From assembly GCA_963789265.1 (NCBI GenBank), contig CAWBKB010000001.1:800001-864000 (forward strand): a stretch of DNA of 64,000 nt, in the 5' to 3' direction. Under the pieces are notes generated by a model that saw only the letters and a list, made by a program, of their open reading frames with translations, was not told where the DNA came from and did no database searches. Position numbers and translations under genes: made by a program. The stretch comes from an uncultured delta proteobacterium. Lineage in GTDB: Bacteria; Desulfobacterota; Desulfomonilia; Desulfomonilales; Desulfomonilaceae. This document shows, one piece after another, positions 52,906-64,000 of this stretch (position 1 is the first letter of the stretch; each line of letters opens with the position of its first letter).

Positions 52906-54384
52906 ATGCCTTGGGATCCAACGTTCGTAGAATTCGCAGAGCACCGAAAAGACTTTCTTCGACCCCTGATTGAGACCCTCATGTCCGAACAATCCTTTTT
53001 GAACATACCCTCCGAGTTGCTGAAAGCGCTGCTCAACAATCCGCACGAATCACTGATACTCGTGGACGCCCAAGGTGTCGTGCGTTACATCAGCACGTCC
53101 AACGATGGCTTCTACGGCCCCTCCAGCAACGAGGCCGTGGGCCGGCACATACTGGAACTAAATCCCGCCAGCGAGCTGACGAGAGTCCTTGAAACCGGTC
53201 GCGCAGAGATAGGCGAATTTTTCATGCTTGGAGGCAAAGAGCGCGTTGTCACGCGCATACCTCTTCGCGATAGCCGGGGCAACATTGTGGGGGCCATGGG
53301 CAAGCTGATGTTTTGGAATCCGGAGAAAGTCAAGCGACTTGTGCGCCAGGTGGAGGTTCTCCAGAGCAGATTGGATTACTACGAAAAGGAGTTGCAGCAA
53401 GCTTACCGAGGTCGCTATTCGCTCGACCGCATAGTGGGCGAATCAACTCTCATGCAAGAAGCCAAGCGGGTCGCTGTACAGGCCGGCGCATCGGATCTGC
53501 CGGTATTGATAACCGGTGAGACCGGAACCGGCAAGGAAGTCTTCGCTCACGCAATACACCAACTCAGTACCCGCGGAGAACGCCCGCTGGTCCGCGTGAA
53601 CTGCGCTGCTATTCCTCACGAACTGTTTGAATCAGAGCTGTTCGGTTATGAGGCAGGTGCTTTCACCGGGGCCAGCCCCAAAGGCAAACCGGGCAAGTTC
53701 GAGCTGGCCGACAAAAGCACAATATTCCTCGATGAAGTAGGAGATTTGCCTCTGCCCTTGCAGGTAAAACTACTACGGGTGATTCAGGAGCGGGAAGTGG
53801 AACGTGTCGGAGGGACTCGGACGGTCAAGATCGATTTCAGAGTCATCGCTGCGACCAACCGCGATTTGAAGGCCATGCTTGCTCGCCGGGAATTCCGACA
53901 AGACCTGTATTACCGGCTGAATATATTCGCGTTGAAAACTCCCCCCTTGCGCCAGATTCGCCAGGACATCCCCCGCTTGGCTTACCACCTCCTGTCGTCT
54001 CTGCAGGGAACCAAGCAGAAACCTCCACCGAGGATAGAGGCCGGGGCTATGCAGCGGCTGATGGCTTATGACTGGCCGGGCAATGTGCGCGAGCTGCGCA
54101 ACGTTCTGGAACGGGCTTCGTCCGTGGCAGGGGGAGGGAGTTCCATATCGGATGAACATCTTCCCATGGAGATCCGGGATAGTGTCAAGACAGCGCCCCC
54201 GGTCGAAGGAGACCTACGTACTCTGAGAGATGAGATGGCTCTCGCGGAACGTCGGGCCATAGAGCGAGCCCTCAGCATCGCGGGGGAAAACCGATCCGAG
54301 GCTGCTCGCTTACTGGGAATTCACCGTACAGGACTATATCAGAAAATGAAACGCTACGGCTTGAGCTCAGGGCGGAAGACCTGA
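52906..54384 (+). CDS. PAS-domain sigma-54 enhancer-binding protein (start uncertain, 52906 or 52981)
   Basis: GETGTGKE, ELFG..GAFTGA, FLDEVG, WPGNVREL.N, Fis-type HTH. Confidence 0.93.
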   Translation: MPWDPTFVEFAEHRKDFLRPLIETLMSEQSFLNIPSELLKALLNNPHESLILVDAQGVVRYISTSNDGFYGPSSNEAVGRHILELNPASELTRVLETGRAEIGEFFMLGGKERVVTRIPLRDSRGNIVGAMGKLMFWNPEKVKRLVRQVEVLQSRLDYYEKELQQAYRGRYSLDRIVGESTLMQEAKRVAVQAGASDLPVLITGETGTGKEVFAHAIHQLSTRGERPLVRVNCAAIPHELFESELFGYEAGAFTGASPKGKPGKFELADKSTIFLDEVGDLPLPLQVKLLRVIQEREVERVGGTRTVKIDFRVIAATNRDLKAMLARREFRQDLYYRLNIFALKTPPLRQIRQDIPRLAYHLLSSLQGTKQKPPPRIEAGAMQRLMAYDWPGNVRELRNVLERASSVAGGGSSISDEHLPMEIRDSVKTAPPVEGDLRTLRDEMALAERRAIERALSIAGENRSEAARLLGIHRTGLYQKMKRYGLSSGRKT

Positions 54385-54420
54385 GAATTGCTAACAGGTC
54401 AAGGAATGGCGAGCGGCCGT

Positions 54421-54561
54421 GTGTAGAATATTCTATACGCGCATATAAATCTCTACATTCTAATCCTGGCGACATACAGCTCAGAATTTGCGCCTGAACT
54501 CTGCATGATGTTCCTGGCGCTGTTTGCACATTACTCTCTTCAAGTGTAGATTAATTTATAC
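54421..54561. promoter_or_regulatory. Candidate upstream activator sites (three related dyads)
   Basis: GTGTAGAATATTCTATAC (54421), inverted TGTAGAGATTTATAT (~54443-54457), GTGTAGATTAATTTATAC (54544). Confidence 0.6.
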
Positions 54562-54846
54562 AGAGTTCCCCTTTGATAAAGCAAGGATTTAGGGCATAAG
54601 CGTCAAAATGAGGCTATCTTCACGTCCCTTTTCTAAAGGGGGTCGAGGGGGGATTTTAAGTTGGTTATCTTATAATCGTCAACTTCATTTAGGAAAGTGG
54701 AGAAATCCTCACTCCGGTATCCATTCACCTACGGGTGGCATCTTTCGTTCCTTGTCATGGCGAGTCCTGCGCCGAGTTCAATGGGTTTCAGCGTATGAAG
54801 CCCAAGTTACTTGACCTTCCCAGTTCAAGACGATGGCTCGTCTCTT

Positions 54847-54861
54847 TGGCACGCTCATTGC
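54847..54861 (+). promoter_or_regulatory. Sigma-54 promoter of the acyl-CoA operon
   Basis: Exact consensus TGGCACG-CTCA-TTGC, about 66 bp before the ATG. Confidence 0.9.
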
Positions 54862-54927
54862 TGTAACATGTGGCGACAGACCAACCTGAACCATGCCTCC
54901 ATTGGAATGGAATCAAGGAGAGCACTC

Positions 54928-56085
54928 ATGGATTTTGACATACCAGAGAACCTGCGTCTGATGGTGGAAACCGTACGGCGCTTTGTAAAGCAGGACTTGG
55001 AGCCCATTAGCCGTCAAGTCGAAGATGAAGACCGCATTCCCGAGGACGTGATCCGGAAGATGCGCGATCTTGGGCTGTTCGGGCTAGGTATACCCGAGGA
55101 ATACGGCGGATTGGGACTGGGACTGCTGGGCGAGTGCCTGGTTTACGAGGAATTATCCAAAGCCAATGCGTGCTTTCGCAGCCACATCGGTACCAATAAC
55201 GGAATAGGCTCCCAGGGCATCGTTTTGGATGGCACTTCCGAACAAAAGGAGCGATACCTGCCTCGGTTTGCCTCCGGGGAATTGATAGGTTGTTTCGCCC
55301 TGTCCGAACCCGAAGCCGGATCCGACGCAGCCAATGTCCAGACCACCGCGGAGTTGGATGGCGATCACTGGATCCTGAACGGACGCAAGCACTTCATCAC
55401 GAACGGCGACATCGCGGATGTGGCCACTGTCTTTGCACTGACCGACCGAAACAAGAGAGCTCGTGGCGGGATCACGGCGTTCATCGTTGAGAAGACATTT
55501 CCAGGTTTCTATGTGGGCACCATAGAGCGCAAGATGGGCTTACGCGGATCTCATACTGCCGAACTCATTTTCGACGACTGTCTGGTCCCGATGGAAAATG
55601 TCGTGGGCGGCGAGGCAAACGTCGGGCAGGGATTCAAAACAGCCATGAAAACCCTGGACAGAGGCCGCCTTACCATGGGCGCTTCGACCCTGGGGGCTGC
55701 CCAGAAGCTTTTGGATCTCTCCATTGACTACGCTAAACAGCGCGTGCAGTTCGGCAAGCCCATTGGCGAGTTCCAGGCCATCCAGCTCATGCTGGCCGAA
55801 ATGGCCACGCAAATTTATGCTGCTCGGCAGATGCTGTACCATGCCGCATGCCTTCGCGACTTTAAAGGCGTATCGGTCATAAAGGAAGCCTCCATGGTTA
55901 AGCTGTTCTGCACTGAAATGGCCAATCGAGTGGCGGACATGGCCGTTCAAATTCACGGCGGCATGGGATATATGAAAGACTTTCCTGTAGAGCGCTTCTA
56001 CCGAGATCTGCGCCTGACGCGAATCTACGAGGGCACAAGCGAGATCCAGCGTTTGGTCATCGCAAGGGAGCTGCTGAAAGACTAA
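54928..56085 (+). CDS. Acyl-CoA dehydrogenase
   Basis: FALSEPEAGSD, NGRKHFITNG, RVQFGKPI, QIHGG.G, IYEGTSEIQ. Confidence 0.96.
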   Translation: MDFDIPENLRLMVETVRRFVKQDLEPISRQVEDEDRIPEDVIRKMRDLGLFGLGIPEEYGGLGLGLLGECLVYEELSKANACFRSHIGTNNGIGSQGIVLDGTSEQKERYLPRFASGELIGCFALSEPEAGSDAANVQTTAELDGDHWILNGRKHFITNGDIADVATVFALTDRNKRARGGITAFIVEKTFPGFYVGTIERKMGLRGSHTAELIFDDCLVPMENVVGGEANVGQGFKTAMKTLDRGRLTMGASTLGAAQKLLDLSIDYAKQRVQFGKPIGEFQAIQLMLAEMATQIYAARQMLYHAACLRDFKGVSVIKEASMVKLFCTEMANRVADMAVQIHGGMGYMKDFPVERFYRDLRLTRIYEGTSEIQRLVIARELLKD

Positions 56086-56094
56086 GGAGGTACA

Positions 56095-56976
56095 ATGGAA
56101 ATCAAGAAGGTGTTCATAGCAGGCGCGGGGCTGATGGGATCCGGAATTGCCCAGGTCTGCGCTGGAGCCGGATTGAGTGTGACTGTTTATGACGTGGACT
56201 CCCAAGCGCTGGAGCGGGCAACAAAAAATATCGCCTGGTCCGCCGGAAAGCTGGTTGAAAAAGGGAAAGTACAGGGCCCGGTGGGAGCAATCATGGGCCG
56301 CATCACCCCGACCGGCGATTTCGCTTTCGCGGCCGAGGCCGACCTATGCATCGAAGCCGTCTTTGAGAAGCTCGATCTGAAGCTTGAGATCTTCAGGAAG
56401 CTCGATTCGGTTGCAACTCAAAAGGCCGTGTTTGCGAGCAACACCAGCGCCATCTCCGTAAGCACTCTGGCCGCGGCGACAAGCAGGCCGGATCAAGTGC
56501 TCGGGATACATTTCTTCAGCCCTGTGCCCATGATGGAGGCCGTTGAAGTGGTTCGGGGCCAATTTACAAGCGATGAGGTATTTGCCACAGGGAAGGCCTT
56601 TGTTCAGGCCATAGGTAAGGAACCTATCCTGGTGCATAAGGACGTACCCGGATTTCTTATCAACCGGATCAACTTTCCGGCAACCATAGAGGCCATGCGA
56701 CTGGTAGAGATGGGCGTAGGCACTGTAGAGGACATTGATAAGGGCCTTCGCTTGGCTGCGGGGCGCAGGATGGGGATTTTCGAGACCGGAGACATGGTGG
56801 GATTGGATGTGACCTGCGGGGCGCTGACCGCAATCTATGAGGAAACCAAAGATCCGCGATGGTATCCCCCTGCTATCCTGCGCCGCAAGGTTCTTGCAGG
56901 ACAGTTGGGTCGCAAAACAGGTAAGGGTTGGTACGAGTATAATCCCGATGGTTCCCGCAAGGGTCCAGCCAAATGA
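56095..56976 (+). CDS. 3-hydroxyacyl-CoA (3-hydroxybutyryl-CoA type) dehydrogenase
   Basis: GAGLMGSGIAQ, ASNTS, HFFSP, PGF..NR, LGRKTGKG.Y. Confidence 0.94.
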   Translation: MEIKKVFIAGAGLMGSGIAQVCAGAGLSVTVYDVDSQALERATKNIAWSAGKLVEKGKVQGPVGAIMGRITPTGDFAFAAEADLCIEAVFEKLDLKLEIFRKLDSVATQKAVFASNTSAISVSTLAAATSRPDQVLGIHFFSPVPMMEAVEVVRGQFTSDEVFATGKAFVQAIGKEPILVHKDVPGFLINRINFPATIEAMRLVEMGVGTVEDIDKGLRLAAGRRMGIFETGDMVGLDVTCGALTAIYEETKDPRWYPPAILRRKVLAGQLGRKTGKGWYEYNPDGSRKGPAK

Positions 56977-56990
56977 TAGGAGCTTAAGGC

Positions 56991-58169
56991 ATGAAACAAG
57001 CAGTAATTTTAAGTTCAGTGCGCACCGCCGTCGGAAAGTTGGGCGGTGCCTTAAGTCAGGTAACAGACCGCACTTTGGGAGGTCTGGTAATCAAAGAAGC
57101 CATGGCACGGGCCGGCATCACTCCGGATAAGGTAGAGGAAGTGGTCTTTTCCCAACAATACCGCACCGGTGAGCTGCCACCCAACATGGCTCGGCCCGTG
57201 GCAGTTGACGCGGGAATTCCAATTGCCGTCCCGGAATTCACCGTGGCCAAGGCTTGCGGCGGTTCATTGAAGACGGTTTTCCTCGCGGCCCAGGCTATCA
57301 AAGCCGGCGACCGGGACCTGATGGTGGCCGGTGGAGTGGAATCCATGTCGGGCGCAGCCTATCTTTTGCCAAAGGCCCGTTTCGGCTACCGGCTCGGTCA
57401 CGGCCAACTTATGGACCAACTAGTCCTGTTCGATCCAATAAGCGGAAATACAATGGGCGAAACAGCGGAGAACGTCGCGGAGCGATACCAGGTGAGTCGC
57501 GCAGATCAGGACGCATTCGCCCTGTCCAGCCAGAAGAAGGCAGGAAAGGCACTCGCAAAAAAGCTCTTTGCCGAGCAGATCGTGCCCGTACCCATACCGA
57601 CCAAAAACGGTGAACCCAGGATGTTCGATACCGACGAACATCCTCGACCGGATAATACGGCAGAAATACTGGCCAAGCTTCGCCCGGTTTTTCGCCAGGG
57701 AGGCTCTGTTACCGCCGGCAATTCCAGCGGAATGAATGATGGCGCTTCAGCAGTAGTGGTGGCCAGCCGGGAACGCGCCGCCGAACTGGGGCTCAAGCCT
57801 CTGGTTTCCATCGTTGGCTATGCCTCGGTAGGCGTAGAGCCTGCTTACATGGGAATCGGCCCGGTGGACTCCACAAAACTCGTCCTTAAGAATACGGGCC
57901 TAAGCGTGAACGATATCGACCTCATAGAGTTGAACGAGGCCTTCGCATCTCAGTCGCTGGCCTGCATACGGCTGCTCGGGCTGGACGAAGAGAGCGTCAA
58001 CGTGAATGGAGGAGCCATTGCTTTAGGTCATCCCATCAGCGCCACAGGTGGAGTCATCCTGACCAAGCTGATCTACGAACTGCGCCGGACAGGAAAAGAA
58101 CTCGGTCTTGCCACCATGTGCCTCGGCGGAGGCCAAGGCGTGGCAATGGTGGTGAAAAACGAGGGCTGA
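56991..58169 (+). CDS. Thiolase (acetyl-CoA C-acyltransferase)
   Basis: KACGG catalytic Cys, NEAFA, GAIALGHP, CLGGGQG. Confidence 0.96.
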   Translation: MKQAVILSSVRTAVGKLGGALSQVTDRTLGGLVIKEAMARAGITPDKVEEVVFSQQYRTGELPPNMARPVAVDAGIPIAVPEFTVAKACGGSLKTVFLAAQAIKAGDRDLMVAGGVESMSGAAYLLPKARFGYRLGHGQLMDQLVLFDPISGNTMGETAENVAERYQVSRADQDAFALSSQKKAGKALAKKLFAEQIVPVPIPTKNGEPRMFDTDEHPRPDNTAEILAKLRPVFRQGGSVTAGNSSGMNDGASAVVVASRERAAELGLKPLVSIVGYASVGVEPAYMGIGPVDSTKLVLKNTGLSVNDIDLIELNEAFASQSLACIRLLGLDEESVNVNGGAIALGHPISATGGVILTKLIYELRRTGKELGLATMCLGGGQGVAMVVKNEG

Positions 58170-58455
58170 TTCCGGTTTCCGTTGAAGCGAGCTACACCCT
58201 GCACTTGGTGGGGCAACCCCGCGTTCAACACAGGACCGCTGCGGTGACTGCCACAGCAGACACGAGAGAAGGGGGCAACGCTTTCGCAGGCAAGCGCAGG
58301 CCGACTTACCCGAACCGATAGTAAATTTCCTACGAAATCTGTCGGGACTGGCATTGACGCGCGTGATGTGATACGAGTTCTGCACCCAGACACAAGGCCG
58401 TAAACAGAATCATCCCTCCATACAAACCGCCGGAATTGGTCCGAGGCATAACCGG

Positions 58456-59239
58456 ATGACAAGAGTGCTGGAACATTCAACGGCTGAGCAGCGTGCGGAC
58501 ACGGGGCCCACGGTTCCGCTCATGCAAGTACGAAATCTTTCCAAACACTTCGGAGGCCTACGTGCGGTTTCCTCAGTTTCCTTTACGGTCGAACAGGGGG
58601 AGATTGTCGGTGTCATAGGGCCCAACGGAGCCGGCAAGACGACACTATTTGCTCTTCTTAGCGGCTTTCTTCCTGCAACTCGCGGGGAGATTTTGATTGA
58701 AGGAACTTCCGTTGTCGGCCTGGGCCCGAACCGTCTATGTCATCTCGGAATCGCCCGAACGTTTCAAATGGTCCGACCGTTCACCGACATGACCGTTTTT
58801 GAAAACGTGAAGGCCGGCGGAGTTTTCGGAAAGCCTGGCAAACGCCCTTCAAAGGAGGTTCACCACGAGGTAATCAAAATCCTGGAGAACACCGGGTTGG
58901 CTCCTTTCGCGAACTATTTTCCACCTTCTCTAAGCCTTCCTCAGCGTAAGAGACTGGAAGTAGCTAGAGCCTTGGCCACCCGTCCCAAGCTTCTGCTTTT
59001 GGACGAGGTCCTTGCAGGACTGAATCCCAGGGAAGTCAAAGAAGCATTGCCGTTCATCCGATCCATCAATGAGGACATGGGAGTGACCATCCTCATGATC
59101 GAGCACAATCTCCGCGCAATCATGGGCCTTTCTCATCGCATCCAGGTACTGAACTTCGGGCAACTTATTTTCGACGGGAAACCGGCGGATGCCGTGCAGC
59201 ATCCGGGAGTTATTCAGGCTTACCTGGGGAGTAATAAAG

Positions 59240-59253
<14 letters not shown>
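58456..59253 (+). CDS. HAAT-family ABC transporter ATPase (LivG-like)
   Basis: GPNGAGKTT, GIARTFQ, LLLDE, IEH, AYLG. Confidence 0.93.
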
Positions 59254-59944
<691 letters not shown>

Positions 59945-60079
59945 ACCTGCACCTCCCGTAAGCTCATCTCAGGTTCATGGGCAGGTTCGTCGCGGTAAGG
60001 TCACATACATATATAGGTCGTGAGAAGATTAGGCATTGTGGGACTCTGACAATCTGAAAAAGAAGGAAGGAGTGTAGGC

Positions 60080-61273
60080 ATGAAAATCAGGACGGGAATA
60101 GCTACCTGGACAATCTTCGCTTTCTGTTTCTGCGCGGCCATGGCGTGGGCCAAGCCTCCGATCAAGCTGGGAGCCCAGGCTCCCCAGACAGGGAACCTGG
60201 CCAAGCACGGGATGGAACAGATTAAGGGGATAAAACTGGCCGTAGACGAGTTTCAGAAAACGCACAAGACGCCCGTGGAGCTAACGGTGTACGACGACGA
60301 AAGCGATCCCCAGAAGGCTGTCGCTGCCGTGGAAAAACTCGCGGGAGTAGAAAAGGTCAACGGGATTGTAGGCGGGTACGGCTCGAACTTGGTGGGCCCC
60401 GCTTCGGAGGCGGCCGAGCGCTACAATACGCCGTACTTGACCACAGGCGCAGTGGATACAAAACTCTCGTCCAAGCATTACAAGAACTTCTTTCGATTGA
60501 ACTACATGCCGGGGTATGCCGCAGCTCAATCCGGCGCCATCAAAGAGGTCTTGAAAGCCAAAAAGGTCGGTATCCTGTACAACAGTGCGTCTGCGACCGC
60601 GGAGATCGCCGGACATGTGAAGGACCAGTTGACCAAGGCCGGTGTTGAGGTCCCTGTCTTCGAGAAATTTGAGAAAGGCACGACAAACTTCAAGCCCATC
60701 CTCCTAAAGCTCAAGGATGCCGGATGCGACATTCTGCTTGTCGAAGGATATTTCCCCGATTACGTGGGAACCATAAAAGATGCGAAAATCCTCGAACTAC
60801 CGGTGAAAGCGTACGTAGGTGCCTGGGGGATAGGAACACCGGAATTCACCCGGGAACTGGGCCCCATGAGCGAGTATGTATACGGCACGTCGATGTGGGA
60901 GATGGGAACCGCCCCAAAACAAGCCAAGCAAGAAGAGGCTGCCTTCGTGAAGGAATATAAAGCGAAGTTCAAAGGGGAGAGCCCCTCCTACTTAGCTATG
61001 CTCGGTTATCTGTCGACCAAATATATGCTGGACGCAATCTCCAAAGGGGGAGGAGCATCCGGAGCATACAGCCCTGAAAAGACTCGGGCGGTCCTTCGCG
61101 CGCTTGACACAATCAGCCCTATAGGCCGCGTCGCCTTTGACAAGAAGGGTGACCCCAAGTATTTCGTTGCAGTACTGTTTCAAACTCAGAAGGGAAAGCA
61201 AGTGGTCATTTATCCCAAGGATCGCAGTACCGGCAGCGTAGTGTACCCGGCGGTTCCCTGGGCCAAGAAATAA
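60080..61273 (+). CDS. HAAT-family ABC substrate-binding protein
   Basis: Signal peptide, YDDESDP, periplasmic binding protein type 1 pattern. Confidence 0.9.
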   Translation: MKIRTGIATWTIFAFCFCAAMAWAKPPIKLGAQAPQTGNLAKHGMEQIKGIKLAVDEFQKTHKTPVELTVYDDESDPQKAVAAVEKLAGVEKVNGIVGGYGSNLVGPASEAAERYNTPYLTTGAVDTKLSSKHYKNFFRLNYMPGYAAAQSGAIKEVLKAKKVGILYNSASATAEIAGHVKDQLTKAGVEVPVFEKFEKGTTNFKPILLKLKDAGCDILLVEGYFPDYVGTIKDAKILELPVKAYVGAWGIGTPEFTRELGPMSEYVYGTSMWEMGTAPKQAKQEEAAFVKEYKAKFKGESPSYLAMLGYLSTKYMLDAISKGGGASGAYSPEKTRAVLRALDTISPIGRVAFDKKGDPKYFVAVLFQTQKGKQVVIYPKDRSTGSVVYPAVPWAKK

Positions 61274-61364
61274 CACCAATTCGCTTTCAAGATTATGGGA
61301 AAATCCTCTCTAACCCCCTTTAGTAAGGGCGGTTGGAGGGGATTATGAAGGCGAATTGGTCTAA

Positions 61365-61454
61365 GCCAAAGGCCGCTCGCGTGGAGCGTGAACGTCGAAG
61401 TGAGCCGGCTCTGGCACGGTGACGGGCCAAAGGCCGCTCGCGTGGAGCGTGAAC
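61365..61454. repeat. Exact 29-bp direct repeat, two copies, 32-bp spacer
   Basis: GCCAAAGGCCGCTCGCGTGGAGCGTGAAC at 61365-61393 and 61426-61454. Confidence 0.9.
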
Positions 61455-61495
61455 AGACGCTCCAATCGAACCGAGATCGAAAAGAGGGTCAGCTC

Positions 61496-62368
61496 CTGGT
61501 TTCCACGACCACAATCATACAGTCGCTTCTTTCTGGCATCGCGGAAGGCACCGACTACGCCCTATATTGCCTTGGACTGGCCTTCGTTTTCGGCATCATG
61601 CGGATCATCAACTTGGCCCACGGCGAATTCCTCGTTCTGGGGGGATACGTTGCTTATTGGCTCTTGGTCAAATGGGGGATCAATCCGATCCTTGCGATCC
61701 CCATTGCGGCAGCCACGGCAGGCGGCACCGCTTTTCTCAGTTACCGAATCTTTCTTCAGAGGATTCGGACCAGTTCCGAGCTCAACACCCTTATATTGAC
61801 TTTCGGTCTGGGGATTTTCTTGGCCAATCTCTTTCTCCAGTTGTGGACCGCCGACATCCGGAGCATCGAGGTCGACTGGATACAGCGGCCCCTTACGTTT
61901 TTCGGCATTTACATCGGCCTGGGAGAGGTCATTGCCATCGTGATCTCGCTGGTAGTTGTCCTTGGGTTGTACTTATTCCTAACGCGCAGCAAAACCGGCA
62001 TGGCCATTCGCGTGACCGCCATCGACCGGGACTCGGCCGCCCTGGCCGGAATCAATGTGGAGAGGATTGATCTGACGGCGTTCAGTATCGGCGGGCTCTT
62101 AGCCGGAGTAGGCGGCCCGCTCCTTGCCATGCTCGCCAACATCGACCCCGGCGCCGGCATAACTATTACGATCAAGGCCTTCATCCTTACTGTCCTGGCC
62201 GGATTCGGATCCATTCCGGGACTACTCCTAGCCGGGATCATATTGGGGGTTGGTGAGGCTATGACAGTCACCTTCGTCAGCTCCTCGTACCGGGAACTAT
62301 TCGGCTTTGTCCTCTTTCTCCTGATTCTGCTGATCCGCCCGTCGGGGCTCTTCGGAAGGAGGCTGTAG
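61496..62368 (+). CDS. HAAT-family ABC permease (LivH-like); start uncertain
   Basis: GLAFVFGIMRIINLAHGEF, TGMAIR, AGIN, VLAGFGS. Confidence 0.9.
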   Translation: MVSTTTIIQSLLSGIAEGTDYALYCLGLAFVFGIMRIINLAHGEFLVLGGYVAYWLLVKWGINPILAIPIAAATAGGTAFLSYRIFLQRIRTSSELNTLILTFGLGIFLANLFLQLWTADIRSIEVDWIQRPLTFFGIYIGLGEVIAIVISLVVVLGLYLFLTRSKTGMAIRVTAIDRDSAALAGINVERIDLTAFSIGGLLAGVGGPLLAMLANIDPGAGITITIKAFILTVLAGFGSIPGLLLAGIILGVGEAMTVTFVSSSYRELFGFVLFLLILLIRPSGLFGRRL

Positions 62369-63358
62369 ATGGCGAGCTTTCCGAAGCCACAGGTGACCGA
62401 GGCTACAGCGGCTGCCATCGTACTGGGGACAGTTCTAATCATCCCATTCATTCTGTCATTCAATCCTTACTATGTCAGCATTTTCATTTCCGCGCTGATT
62501 CTTGGGGCGGTATCCATTGCGTGGAACCTTCTCGCAGGAGTGTGCGGCCAGGTTTCATTCGGACACGCCGCGTTTTTTGGAATTGGAGCCTACACCTCTG
62601 CCATTCTGGTCACCAAGGCTGGTTGGAACCCATATCTGGGGATTATGGCAGGAGGCGTTTGTGGAGCACTGGGCTCCCTCATCATCGGGATTCCCGCGTT
62701 TCGTCTTCGGGGTCCGTACTTTGCCCTCGCGATCCTCGGGTTTGCCGAGGTGGCCAAACTCCTGACGATGAACCTGACCTGGCTCACGCAAGGATCACAA
62801 GGAGTCTTCGGCATACCGGCTCTCCCCCCGATCCACCTGGGATATCTGACTCTGGAATTCCACATTTCCAGAACTGCAAATTATTACATGGCCGCATTGC
62901 TCATGCTTGCCATTTACTTGGCCGCCTATTTCATTCGCCGGTCCAACGCAGGGCTGGCAATGTCGGCCGTACGCGGAGACGAAGAAACCGCGGCCGGCAT
63001 CGGCGTCCACGTTATCCGGACCAAGGCATTGGCCCTGGTAGTATCCGCATTTTGCACGGCAATCATGGGAGCTTTTTACGCCCATTATGTCCGGTTCCTG
63101 TCACCTGACACGGCTTTTGAGGGATCATGGTCCATAATGCCTATCGTTGCATCCCTTTTCGGCGGAATGCAAACCCTCATTGGGCCGATGGCTGGGGCGC
63201 TGGTTATCACCGGCCTTGACGAGTTCGTATTCAAGGCGCTCTTCGAGACCGGTCACAAACTCTTTTTCGGGCTGCTTCTGGCCGTGGTCATAGTCTGGGC
63301 CCCCGCAGGGTTGCTCGGCAATCGAATTCGAAGAACCTCGCATGGAGAAAAGAGATGA
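62369..63358 (+). CDS. HAAT-family ABC permease (LivM-like)
   Basis: WNLL.G..GQVSFGHAAFFGIGAY, RLRGPYFA, GG..T..GP..GA. Confidence 0.92.
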   Translation: MASFPKPQVTEATAAAIVLGTVLIIPFILSFNPYYVSIFISALILGAVSIAWNLLAGVCGQVSFGHAAFFGIGAYTSAILVTKAGWNPYLGIMAGGVCGALGSLIIGIPAFRLRGPYFALAILGFAEVAKLLTMNLTWLTQGSQGVFGIPALPPIHLGYLTLEFHISRTANYYMAALLMLAIYLAAYFIRRSNAGLAMSAVRGDEETAAGIGVHVIRTKALALVVSAFCTAIMGAFYAHYVRFLSPDTAFEGSWSIMPIVASLFGGMQTLIGPMAGALVITGLDEFVFKALFETGHKLFFGLLLAVVIVWAPAGLLGNRIRRTSHGEKR

Positions 63359-64000
63359 AATCCATTCGCGTTCCGGTTCAGGTCCCATCTGAACCTCTAA
63401 CATTCCCGCTACGCCAGGCGGCTGACCGTTTTCCGAACAAAGTTGCTGTAATCGAACCGGAAGTTGACGGCCGCGAATGGACGTACCAGGCGCTGGAAGA
63501 CCGGTCTTCCGCGTTGGCAGCGTCGCTGGCTCACCTTGGAGTAATACCGGGAGATCGCGTGGCACTGTGGATGAAGAACAGCGCAGAGTACATGCTGTCG
63601 TTCTATGGAATCATGAAAGCCGGCGGAGTGGTAGTCCCGGTGAGCACTCATTACGGCGAACGCGAACTGAGCCATCAAGTTCGGGTGACCGAATCCGTGG
63701 GGATTATCGCCGCGGAAGACCGCTTATCACAGGTCTCGAACCGTGGAGCAAGCGCATTGGGCCTCCGTTTTGTGGTCTCGCAAGGCGCCGGCGCGTCTTC
63801 ACCGGAAGGCCGAATTCCTTTTTCTTCGCTGCTGGCCGAGAGCAAACGCTTGGATCGGTCCGTCGACAAAAAGGATTTGGATACACCGGCAGTTCTTCCG
63901 TTTTCCAGTGGTACCACCGGATTGCCCAAGGGGGTCGTGCTCACTCATTCCAATCTACTGCACAACCTCTATCAGGTAGTACAGGCCCACGGGGTGGGAC
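63355..64000 (+). CDS. AMP-dependent acyl-CoA ligase, N-terminal part, runs off the window end
   Basis: Manual translation MKSIRVP...GDRVAL.M.N...LPFSSGTTGLPKGVVLTHSNL; ATGA overlap with the upstream gene. Confidence 0.92.
   Translation, partial: MKSIRVPVQVPSEPLTFPLRQAADRFPNKVAVIEPEVDGREWTYQALEDRSSALAASLAHLGVIPGDRVALWMKNSAEYMLSFYGIMKAGGVVVPVSTHYGERELSHQVRVTESVGIIAAEDRLSQVSNRGASALGLRFVVSQGAGASSPEGRIPFSSLLAESKRLDRSVDKKDLDTPAVLPFSSGTTGLPKGVVLTHSNLLHNLYQVVQAHGVG

Noticed and set aside
61412..61426. TGGCACG in the repeat spacer as a sigma-54 promoter
   Set aside because: No TTGC at the -12 position

Overview
A 64-kb, mostly core-genome segment of an anaerobic bacterium. Gene content (ahbB, periplasmic [NiFe] hydrogenase, sigma-54 systems, pdaD-speE-speB, hom-thrC-apgM) suggests a Desulfobacterota/deltaproteobacterial host (inference). 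It holds about 50 protein genes, one tRNA-Val(GAC), one complete ISKra4-like IS that splits a TRIC/YadS membrane gene (9-bp TSD), a MITE inserted in a GTAG REP, and several intergenic palindromic repeat families. Best lead: a small membrane-anchored protein (21477-21800, minus) whose apparent TGA stop completes a C-P-S-U motif. It is followed by one codon, TAG, and a hairpin whose apical GCAGGUCUGC matches the E. coli fdhF SECIS. This is probably an unannotated selenoprotein, paired with a membrane polyferredoxin and convergent with a hydrogenase operon. That hydrogenase large subunit has Trp at the invariant active-site Arg. Six genes carry single-base +1 frameshifts, which looks like a systematic sequencing or assembly artefact. 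All product calls come from motif recognition by eye; no searches were run.
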